Of a stretch of DNA of 64,000 nt, positions 37,701-48,900 are shown piece by piece (position 1 is the stretch's first letter; the number at the start of each line of letters is the position of its first letter). The notes under the pieces are model-generated. The model was not told the origin of the DNA, made no database searches, and worked only from the letters and a program-made list of their open reading frames with translations. This stretch comes from Cenococcum geophilum. Taxonomy: Eukaryota. The position numbers and the translations under genes are program-made. The stretch spans positions 30,504,001 through 30,568,000 of the forward strand of contig CP158635.1 in NCBI GenBank assembly GCA_050273025.1, read 5' to 3'.

Positions 37701-40700
37701 TTTATAAGTTACCTAATTACTAAACTCGCAACTGCAGGGCTATAAAGATACCTACTAGCAAACCTAAGAGTAAGAAAAGGCGCTTTACCTAAAATAGAAC
37801 TCCTCTACCTAACTAAAGCGACGATTAACTAACTAACTTCTTAAGTAACTATAAAAGGATCCTTGCGCTTTAAAACACAGTAGATTCTTAACTAAATGGA
37901 TAGTATTTCGATACTAGAGCAACACACTATACTTATAAGGATTGTAAGCTTTTTAAGAACTTTTAAGAATACAGAATTAAAGTTAACTCCGCCACTAGCA
38001 TTACCTACACTACTAGGTACGGCGACGTCGACGTTATTACATCTCTACTATAGGGTAACAACGTATTTAGACTCCGTAGCGTGCTCTATATTCCAGACCT
38101 CTTTATTAACCTTATATCTAGCTCTACCTACTAAAGAGATAGAATAACTATTAATACCATAGACTATTTTCTATACACTAGGGATAAAATAAAACTAGCG
38201 CACTTCTTTATATAAAAAGGACTTTACCGCCTTAATAAACTAAACAATTTATATACTACTCTCTTACTAATAGGCTTAGATTATAACTCTCGGCGGTAGT
38301 ATAAGAGACTTAGGTACCTAAACTTTATAGATATAAGACGTTTAGGACTTCCTGCCAATCTATTTAACTATAAAACCTATACCATCTTAAAAAGGCATAA
38401 ATCATTTAATTACGGTCCTTAATAGCGTGCTATAGCTATAGGCGAACTAGTTTATATTAATATTATCTATCTTACGCTAGTCGGCATTAAAGGCTTTAAG
38501 TACGCTATTACTTTTACCGATAACTATACTAAATAAATAGAGGTCCGTTTTTTTAGGTTAAAAGAGGCTTATAGCGTTTAAGACGTTATTAAGAACTACA
38601 TTACCTAGTTAGAAAAGCAACTCGGCCCTCTTAAAAGGGTTTAATCTAATAACGGTAAATTAGATAACTAGCTTATAAAGAACTAGTTTACCTCTTATAG
38701 TATTAAGCTTAAATTCTCTTACGCTAACTCACCTAAATAGAACGGAGTTATAGAGCGTAACTAGCAAACGCTTACTATAAAAGCTCGCTGCCTATATATC
38801 TATAGTTATCTACTATAAAACCTCTAGCCTAAACTTATTTAAATAGCAGCCTATCTACGTAACCAAAGTCCCTTAGCTCCACTCTCACATCTTACACCAT
38901 ATAAGAAGCGCTACGGCTTAAAGCCTAGCCTTAACCACCTACGCACTATTAGCTCTATAGTTTACTACTATAAGAAACCTATATAGTCTAACAAGCTAGA
39001 ACTAAGAGCTAAGAAGTTTACTCTTATTAGTTTTAAAGGGAACTTTATCTACTAAGTATGGGACTCTTAGTCTTAGCAGGTATATAGAATTAAGGATATT
39101 ACTATCTTCAAGACTATTAAAGCTTAAAATATTCCGTTTTAGGGGGAGAATAAATAGTAAGGGGAGTACGATACTAATCCACAGGGGAAGAATTATTAGT
39201 TTACGTCTTATCCTCGTCCTATATTAATATTACCACTTCCTTAAGAACTGCATAAAGAATTTATATCATAGGATCTAGAACCTATGACTCGGAATCTAAT
39301 TTCGGAACCACCTCTATAACAATCCGGCCGTAAAACTTATACCAGTTAAGCTCTTTAAGAATCTATTAAAAGCGAAGCTCTCCTTAATAAAATTCTTTTA
39401 AACTACGTCGCTATTAACTTACTTAGCTCTACCAAGTATAATCACTTTAAGATTTATAAGGGTTACGTTTAGCAACCTAACTAAATTCTCCTTAATGCGT
39501 TGTCTATACACAATCCCTTTAAGCTAGTAACCTTAAAAGAAGCTCTTAGCGGCCTATACGTAAAATAGTAGCTAGAAGCTATATAGGACGAACTTAAATC
39601 TCTTCTATAAAACGAAACCTGGCGCTCCGTCTAACACTTATTAGTAAACTCTTTATATAAAGTCCTTAAAGGCAAATAAGTATTTAAGATTAAGCGTAGG
39701 CTAAAAGGGGAAATACTTAGGTATAAAGCACGCTGGGTTGTTAAAGGCTACGAATAGTAGTATAGTATTAATTACGATTAAACCTTTGCCGTAGTGGTTA
39801 AGCTAATAGCCTTCCGCACGCTATTCGCCCTAGCTGCTTATTATAATCTTAAAATTAATTAAATGGACGTTAAAACGGCATTTCTTAATAGTTAAATTAT
39901 TAAGGATATATATGTTAAACACCCTTACGGCTTTAGCAAATCTAGAGAGGTCTGCTACCTCCTTAAAGGTCTCTACGGTCTTAAGCAGTCACCTTATATA
40001 TAGTATAAAGTTATTTATAACTTCCTTATAAGCCTTAGCTTCTAGAAGCTTTAAGCCAACTATAGCGTTTTTATAACTAAGAACTCCCCTTTTACCTCTA
40101 CAAACGGCCTTATTATATTAGTCTACGTAGACAATATTAAGATTATTAGCAGCAGAGCCGCTGTTAACTCTCTTAAACAGCAACTCTATAGCAAATTTAA
40201 GATGACAGATTTTAGCCCTATTAGCTACTACCTTAGTATAACCGTTACTCGTAATTGTAAGCTAAAGACTATTACGATCTAGCAACGCAGCTACCTTAAG
40301 CGCGTGCTCTAGACCTTCTACTATTAGGATAACAAGCATAATAAACCCTTATTAAATCCAGTAAAGACTCCTATAGATAAAAAAGATTAATATCTTAAAC
40401 TATTTAACGGCTAGGCCTTAAAGGACGATATTAAGACCTATTAATCGCAGGTCGGTTCCCTTATATACGCAATAATCAAGACCTAACTAGATCTTACTTT
40501 CGCAGTTTTATAAGTTAACTAGTTTAGCTATAATCCGGGACCTTAGTATTTCACTATAATTAAACGGATATTCCGATATATTACAGAAACTCTAGACTAT
40601 AAAATAAACTACGGCAGCAACTACTAAGATTTAACGCTCGTTGGCTACTTAGATATAAGCTACGGCGACAATATTATAAATTAACGCTTATCCTCCGGAT

Positions 40701-41737
40701 ATATCTTTATGCTTAGCGGTAGACCAATTACCTAGAGCTTTAAGCGCCAAATAACTATCGCCCTATTAACCACCGAATCTAAGTATATAGGCCTAACAGA
40801 AGCAGTAAAAGAAGCCTTATGGCTAAAGTTGCTGCTTACTAAGTTATAATAAATTAACTAACCTTATATTAACGTTAAGGTACGGAAAGATAACTTAGCA
40901 GCGGACTTAGTCTTTAACGCTACTAAATTTATTACAATTTACGGCAATAATAAGTCTTCAATAGCATTAGCTCAGAACCCTAAATTTCACCAGCATACTA
41001 AGCACATTAATATCTAACACCACTTTATACGCGATAAAGTCACTGCTAAACGTATTAAACTTACTTTCGTTAACACTAGGGATATAGTAGCTAACGCCCT
41101 TACTAAGCCCCTTGGTCCAATTAAGTTTAACTAATTTCTTACCTTAACAGGCCTTTATTCTACCAAAGGATAACATAAAGAAAGCATTTTAGGGTGACGT
41201 TAGAATAAGAATGTGGCAGATAAAGCAGCTTAAGCATCTAGCCTTTGCGCCTTACCTACTGCAATTAGCCTTAGAGCTCTATAATAGACGAGAAAAATTA
41301 GGTTAGGCAAGGGGTAATTCTGAAACTTATATTTACAGCTTCCAATTTTAACAAGTTCTACATTTAAATAGGTCAATAAACAGCTTCCAGCCTCACTAAA
41401 CGCCTCACCCACTATAACTAGCTTCTACGCTTTGTAACGGACGAGGGGACTATGTTATAATCATACTAGGTATACAGGGAGTTTTAATAGGCAATATAGT
41501 AGATGCAATACCGTTTAAGGGGGAGTATTATTTTCACCCGATATTACATCACGTGACTCGGTTGTCGTTAACCTTTTATCTTAACCTCCTACTTAGATAG
41601 TTTAATAACTCACTCTTCTATATACTTGACATACTGTAATCACGCTTGCCTTAACCTGTGCAGTTAACACAAAATGAGATAGAAAGGAACCCCCATAGGA
41701 CAGTATGGGTCGGATCTCGCTTTTGGTATTCCTTATG
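34664..41737 (-). mobile_element. Unclassified ~1.5 kb element 'V' with microsatellite tail, inserted in the 3' part of A's pol and split by Copia D
   Basis: Flanked by a 12-bp direct repeat TAATAGCCTATA (34652-34663, 41738-41749); removing it rejoins A's pol; (TAA)n at the left end; no LTR, TIR or RT motif seen. Confidence 0.75.
36121..41669 (+). mobile_element. Ty1/Copia LTR retrotransposon 'D', full length, inserted in V
   Basis: 144-bp LTRs 36121-36264 and 41526-41669; TSD CAAAA; PBS-like GGTTATGAGCCC at 36265; integrase ~38450-38900; RT (YKARWVVKG, LVYVDNI ~40120); RNase H; PPT AAGGGGGAG. Confidence 0.94.
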
Positions 41738-42734
41738 TAATAGCCTATATAAATCTAAAAAAGGCCTAGAAATTAATAGAATAATAAATAAATAAGTATA
41801 GGCGTAAGCCTAATTTTACCGTAGGTAATAGGGTCTAAATTGTAATAAAGAACTAGAAAACGGAACGGCTTAGCTATAAGCTAGACTATTAGGTAGCAAG
41901 ACCGTATAAGATCTTTAAAAAGATAGATAACTTATATAAGGTAAAACTTCCAGATTTAACCAAGGTTTACCCTAAATTTTTTTTTGCTAGATAAGCTATA
42001 GAAAGCTATAAATAACCTATTACCTAGATAAAAGAACGAACTTCCCCTACTAATTTAAGTTAATAGCGATAATAAATAAGAAATTAAAGAAATACTAGCC
42101 TATAAACTAGTAAGGGGAACGCTAAAGTACTATATTTAATAGAGGGGCTATAATCTAGACCTAATCTAGTACCCCGCTTAGAACTTTATAGGCTACCCTT
42201 AAAAGCTTAAAGAGTTTTATAACTAATACCCTAATACGCTTAGACCTTTAAAGTACCTTAATAAGTAAATAGAATACTAGTATAGCGAAGATAATAGGTT
42301 GCCTATTAAGTATAAAGACAAGAACACCCTATAGATATAATACGGATATATAAAGCCTAAGGGCAGGCTTTTTTAGAGGGGGGGGTAATATTACGGCGCT
42401 AGTAGAAAACGGTAGATTATAGTAGACGTTATAGTAGACGCAGAGTTACGTGGGCCCACGTGACTCTAGGACCGTATAAAACTTTAAGTGACGCTGCTAG
42501 TCTTCTCCTTTCCTTTCTCTAGCTTTGGATCCTCGTTTATAGATAATCCAATTGTATAGGCTTACGCGTCCCTCTCGCCGTGCTTGTGCCTCGATTAACC
42601 AAGTCGCTAATAGAGCTTTACCTATATTTCCATCTCATTAAGCTATCTAGTCGCCGTTACGTCGCCGTCGCGTCGCTATTATCTAGGTCGCGCGCACTAC
42701 GCCTATTAAGACCCTCTTTTAAGTTACCTAGGTA

Positions 42735-45057
42735 CGGAGGTCGGTAACCAAAGTTTTTGCACCTTCCTAATTAGGAAGTTTAGCTCACCGCCTACCGGCA
42801 AAACATGAAGTTCAGCCTTAGCCGCATTAAAATTATACTTAAAGCTTCGAACGAAAGGCAATATATATAGATTTAATTAACTGATTAATAAGCTAACTAT
42901 TTAGAAGGTGTTCAGCTTTGCGTAGGCGTAGCTTTCGGCTCTGCGGAGGCTTAAAAAGGTCCCCTACTGGTTAAGTAAAGTCCTCTGCATGCTTAATTCG
43001 CTACCATCTTTTTGCCTTCTTCGAAATCTTCTATATAGAGCTTAATTTAACGTTAATTAACCTACTAGTAGAGCTTCTGCTCTTATCTATAGTCTTATTA
43101 GAGGTAGTAGTAGAGCCCTTCTTTCTTACCCACTTCCTCATTAGCTGATTAATTATATTCCACCTAGTATCTACCTTGTAGTGTTAAACTTCCTCCTACC
43201 GCCGCTCCGGCTGCTGCTAAACTTAAGGCTCTATAAAGCCAACTTTAAACGCTGCCTTCTTTAAGTTTCTGCCCTTTGTATCCGGTTAATTCTAAATTAA
43301 TTAAGGCTGCGGTAGAGGAGGCTTAATAGGTGGTAGAGGCTTAAGTAGAGGAGGCTTAGAGGTAGCTGTTAGCTAAGGGTGAGGCTGGTTAGGTGCCTAT
43401 ATGGCCCGTTAGCGGCGGCAAAGCTTTAGGGTGTTAATTTGGTATAGAGGCTTAATATCCATTAAGGCATTTAGTAGATAAGGTCCTATTTATATACGCT
43501 ACGGAAGCTTTAGCGGCTAAGGCTTTCTAAACAGAGGCTTATTCGGATTAATATAATTAAGGCTTAAAAGCACCTACTATCGCATATAATTAATTACTTA
43601 GTGGTAATATCAATCTATCTGTTTAAGCGCCTTCTAATCTCTTACATTATTAGCAGCACCCTCGCGATATTTGTTGCCTCCTCTATAGCGAATAACCTCT
43701 TAAATATAATATGGAATTCGCTCTATCTAAGCTTAAATCCGCCACTGTTTAAGCTCGTCCCATGCCTTTTACTAAACTCGCTCAGCTTCTACTCAATTCT
43801 TTAGTACACCCTTCTTTATAGTAACTCATTTAAGGTAGTACCAGCATAGCTTAATTATATTTAGATTGGGTGAATTGCCTAGCCAAAGCAGACGCTAGAG
43901 GCCTACTGCGTTAAAATAGATCTGCTAGTGCTTTAATAAATAAGCGGGAGCTTTATCCTCTTGAATAATTATATCTAGGCGATTAATCTGGTACTTAATT
44001 ATAAAGGGAATAAGGACTGGAAGGAGGCACTTAGTAAGGTAGCGATACCAATTAATACTACCTTTCTTAGCTGTACGCTTAATAGCACCGTTTTCCTTAC
44101 TTATTTAAAACTAAGGTTTCCTACCTAGCTTATTACGGAGGCCCAGTTATCTTAAACTAGTAGTAAGCTCCTACGCCTAACGAAGCTCTGGCTCTATCGC
44201 CTCGTTAATCTTTTAAAGCTCCAGCTTTAACGCCTTCTTCTCCTCTGCAGCCTTAGGCTTCTAGATTAGGTATAGCGACTTCCAATTATATAAAAAGGCG
44301 CCCCAAAATATAAATTTATTAGCCCTCTTAAATTAAGGATAAATAGCTAACTTATTAACCTTTTCCTAAGCCAAGCGCCAGAGTTTATAGCCGCCTCTTC
44401 TATGGTGTAGAATAACGCCCGTCTCGTCGCTCCATATAACGTTCTTCCAATCCTTAATCGTCTAATCCTTATATTACAGGGCAAACTAATAGTAAGCTTC
44501 CTTTATAGCTTTTATAAGACAAGGCTTCTTTATAGGCTTTGTTTTTCGGTATCTATAACGTCGCAGAACTCGCCAAACAGTTTGGGTAGAGTAGCCGCAT
44601 TCGGCAGCGATATAAGCGCAGGATTTCTCTCGCCCATATCGATCGGAGGTAACTTTCTTAAGGATTCGTTGTTCAAACTCGCAGGTAACTTTAGGCTTTC
44701 TACCAGGACGTGGGCCGTCAACAATATAGCCATCAATAATAAGAGGATTTATAGTAGGATTCCAGCTACAATTAATAGCTTTTGTAAAGAAATACTGGAG
44801 GCGCGTTGTTTAATTAAGGTAACGCTCTGGATGTGCTCGAGGGTGGCTCCTATAGCTTTTATGGCCAGGGCCTAAGCCCTGGTCGCGAGCTAATGGAAAA
44901 CCATAGTTGGTACAGCAAGATTCAAGCTTAGAGAGTCCTTACCAGCAATTTTAGAGCGGTAGATAGGCTGCAGAAGTATTCTGCCGTCAGCGGTCAGCGG
45001 GCGGTGAGCCAAACTTCCTAATTAGGAAGGTGCAAAAACTTTGGTTACCGACCTCCG
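42735..45057 (-). mobile_element. Tc1/mariner DNA transposon, DD34E type
   Basis: ~58-bp TIRs beginning CGGAGGTCGGTAACCAAAGTTTTTGCACCTTCC; TA duplication at 42733-42734 and 45058-45059. Confidence 0.95.
42900..44904 (-). pseudogene. Tc1-type transposase pseudogene; 3' boundary approximate
   Basis: WKNVIWSDETGV, FWGAF and IQEDKAPA, then WLGNSPNLNII followed by AAG (interpreted as RIP'd GAG, Glu); 34 codons counted between the second D and that position. Confidence 0.85.
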
Positions 45058-45648
45058 TATATTAGATACTAAATAGGCCCTCGTAAAGGGGACTTAACGA
45101 GTTCTCTAGGCGGGCTTTAATAAGTTTTATATAAGGTGTTTACGATATATTAACCTTAACAAGTTCTTATAAAGAGAGGTTCCTTATACCCTTATCTTAT
45201 AATCTTAGAGCTAGTATAAGCCTAAGGGTGTCCTATTATATACCTAGGGCGTATCTATATCCGCTAGCTTAATAAGGCTAGTTTCGGCCCTAGCTATAAG
45301 CTAGGTAGTTATATATTAAGTAGTTTTTATATTTCTATTTCCCTTAATAGGCCTCCCTATGTAGTAGAGCGGGAGCCTTGTATAGAGGCAGTAAGGCTCT
45401 TAGTATTATTAAGGGCGATACTTTATATAATATATACGTTATAGGCTTAACACTATAAAACCGCGATAATAGCGCGCCGTATGCGCTATAATGGCTTCCT
45501 ACTATTACCTCTATACTTAGTTATTATAAGAAACGATTTCCTAATAATATTTCTACCTATAGTAACGTAAATATGTATAATAGGGCTTCGCAGGCTAATT
45601 TTTTATATATAAATTAAGTATAATAATATAATAATTAATATTACTAAA

Positions 45649-45920
45649 TGTTATAGCGCTAGTGGAAAACGATAGATTGTGGTGGATAATTATAGATAGT
45701 TTTAAACAATCTTAGGTAGTATTACGGTACTAGCAAATTGCTATAAATTGCCGTAGATTGCGGTTATATAAGGTAAAGATTATATAAAATATTAAGCAAC
45801 GCTACTCCTCTTCTCCTTTCCTTTCTCTAGCTTTAGATTCTTGTTTATAGATAATCCAATTATATAGGCTTGCTCGCCCCTCTTGCTATACTTATGCCTT
45901 GATTAACTAAGTCGCTAATA
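45649..45920 (+). repeat. Solo LTR related to the LTR of A, TSD CTAAA
   Basis: Ends match the A LTR (TGTTATAGCGCTAGTGGAAAACG ... AAGTCGCTAATA) but the middle differs; CTAAA on both sides. Confidence 0.9.
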
Positions 45921-48900
45921 CTAAAGGTATTAAAGGTATTGTAAGGGATATTATTGCGGACACCTTGGGTTGCCCTTAGGACAACCCCCAGACGCCCCTT
46001 AGATGGTCGCCGGTTACGTACTAAAGGTATATACCCGTAGTATATAGTCTTTACAATCCTAAAGGCCTTACCTCCTTAAGGATTTATCTCTTTTACTAAT
46101 CTATTCTATTCCTATAATTATGCCTTATAGCCCCCTGTCTATAAAGTCCCCTTATATTTAAATCCTTCCTACTTCTTTTAGAAGGGTAGTCGGCTTTAAG
46201 AACTAAATTGTTTATTTATATCTTTTATTTATAACTACTATCCTCCCTTAAAATTTCGTAATAACCTAAATAGAAACTCTACGGGCACCTTATAGAAAGC
46301 CGTTACGCTAAGGTAAAAAGGTCCCTTTAATAGCGAGAGATTATAATAATATAACCCTTTAGGTAAGACGGCTAAATAAGCCCTAATACCTAGATACTCT
46401 AGGAGCTTAAAGACTCTTATATACCTATAGTTACCGATAATACTAAGGAAAATATAGATACCCTTTATAACGGTTATAATACTACTAGAAAGTAGCTAGA
46501 ACCCCTTTAGCCCTAACTAGGCTAATTAGAAGATTAAGCGCTAGAGGTAACTTTAAGATCTTCTCCTAAGCTAGAAATGCTAGAGGAATATACTAATATA
46601 TTTAACTAGGGAACTAACTAGAACCCTCCCAGAAAACTACCGGCTTATAATTAGTAGAGTAGCGGTATATAGACTGCTTATAAGCCAAGTAGGCCTACCT
46701 CTTTAGGTAATCTAACCTAACTACTAACTTAAAACCTAAGCCTTGTTAGAAAGCCTATACTAGCTACTAGTACTAATACTACCTCTATAGCCGGAGCTTC
46801 CCTAAGGCTAAGGTTAGAAAGTTAAGAGCCCTAGACCGATATTCTTTAAGATAAATATTAGGAAGCTGCTATAAGGCTCTTAGAAGCTATATAGGAAGAA
46901 GCCACTAATAAATATATCTAGGCTAGATAAAATCTTTTATAACCTAGCTAAGGCTAAAGGCTTCCCGGAAGCTACTTAGTATTTACCTAAAAAGGTATAG
47001 AAGACTTAGAGAGTTATCTACGCTATAAATAGAAAAAGAATATAGACCGACTAGTTAAGGCCTTTAGTAGTTTAGAACTTCGCTATAGACCTAACGCCTA
47101 GTAGTTAGATAATTGGGTTTATAAGGTAGACAACTTCTTTAAGATATTAATAATAAGATAATACCAAAAAGCGTATATACTAGATTATTAGTAAGATTAA
47201 AGACTAATTACTAAACTAGATTACACTTAATTAGCTTAATAAAGACCAAATTACTATATAGCTATAGCTGTAACCCTTCCTAAGAAAATAGACTTAAGAT
47301 CTATATATTATATAATATAATAATACAGAGCTATTCTAGAATGGGATATAGCTTAACCGCTATAACTTCCGCCAGTTTATAAACTTTATAAAAACTTATA
47401 CTTAATAGATAGATTTAGAGCCCTTTAAAAATATAGACGGTAGCATCTATAAGAAGGAGAAGATTGGGTTTATTTAGGCTAGAATTAAGCTAGTAATTTA
47501 TAATAAAATAAAGCGCGTAGGAGCTTTATCGCAGATTACTATATATACGGATTTTAAATAAGCAGTTTTAAATACTAAAGATACAGTAAGGAACTAGACC
47601 TCTTTTAGTAGGAAGCTAGGGGGTTACTAGAAGTGTAGGCATTTTAGTAGTAATATAGGGCAGGCCTAACCTTTAAAGAAGCCGTTCTTAAAAAGAACTT
47701 TAAAAGGGTTAAAGTTAGGAATCTTAAATAATAGAAAAGACTCCTAGGGCTAACCTAATACCCATCTAGTACCTTTACAAAAACACTCTAAAAAGTTAAA
47801 AGAAAACTTTAGAGGTAGATCCTATTAGAAAAATAAGTAGGGTAATAACCGTACTAATAATCTAAAAAAAGAAAAGCCCTAGTTATAGACCTTTCCCGGC
47901 TATAACTAGGGCAAGATATAGAAGGAGAGACTCTCTATATCGCTATTAAGCTAGAAATAATACTCCCTATAGGTAAGATACGTTAGTTTTAAGCACTATA
48001 TAATAGCGGCGCTAAAATTAATTTTATATAACATAATTTGGTAAAAGAGTATAAACTTATTCTATTGTAAAGGTGGTGGAAACCTATTATAAGCTTTTTA
48101 GATAAGTATTAGATTAAACTATATAATACCTATAAGCTTATAGTATTAGTAGCTGATATATATAACTATACTAAGGTAGTTAGCCTGTAACCCTTCTAGG
48201 CAGCTAACTTTATAGGTTATAACTTTATCCTTAAATACCCTTAGCTTACGGAAGTAGATTTTAAGATACGCTTTAAAATAGGAGTTTTTAAATAGTAGAA
48301 TAATAAAGATTTAAAAGGGCGTATATTACTAATAAGCCTAAAGGATATCTTAGAGAATATAGCCTTAGGCAAAATAGTATACGCTTTATAACTAAAGGAG
48401 TATTAAATCTAACCCCTATTTAATAGTAAGATAGGTATAAAGCCTAGTATAGGTAATAACCCCTCTATAATAGAGACCCTATAGGGAACTACTAGATAGG
48501 TCGCGGAGATATTATAGGGAGGCGGCGACCTTAAGGATCTTATAAGATACTTTAACCGTTATAGGTTACTCTAGCTTAAGTAATATACGGAAAGTATACT
48601 ACGGTACCTTAAACGCTACGTTAAAGAATTCCTTAGCCTTTACTGGCTACTATATAAAACGGTATAATATATAGTGGCAACTATGTATAAGCAGCTACTA
48701 TAGCGTATAATATTACCTATAAGTATTCTAATAGAGCTCTAAAACCTACCTAATAATAATATAGAGGATAAACATAACCCCAATTTATTAAATATTCTAG
48801 TAGGCCTAAGGGACTTACTAAGGGTATTTTCGGGCAGGAGAGCTAAAGTCCTACTATAGAACTTAGAGTACGATTATACAATTAATCTAAAAGAAGGTAA

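Larger units (their letters stand above)
14752..42612 (+). mobile_element. Ty3/Gypsy chromovirus 'A', full length, host of nested elements B, V and D
   Basis: TSD GAGCT (14747-14751, 42613-42617). 5' LTR is split into 14752-14890 + 29806-29890 (224 bp total), equal to the 3' LTR 42389-42612 (224 bp). PPT at ~42376-42385. gag ~29950-31200, RT AYLDNII ~32760, integrase ~33880-34600, chromodomain ~42070-42240. Confidence 0.93.
6341..45939 (-). mobile_element. Unclassified RIP'd host sequence 'U', surviving only as fragments (6341-7205, 7552-8276, 14330-14751, 42613-42734, 45058-45648, 45921-45939)
   Basis: Fragments rejoin across TSDs CTACC, CCTAT, GAGCT, TA and CTAAA. RIP-like composition. 14350-14500 is homologous to element V at 35400-35550. 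Outer boundaries and strand are uncertain. Confidence 0.45.

Noticed and set aside
43601..44875. ORFs 43601-43804, 44530-44736 and 44582-44875
   Set aside because: Fragments or antisense frames of the broken Tc1 transposase.
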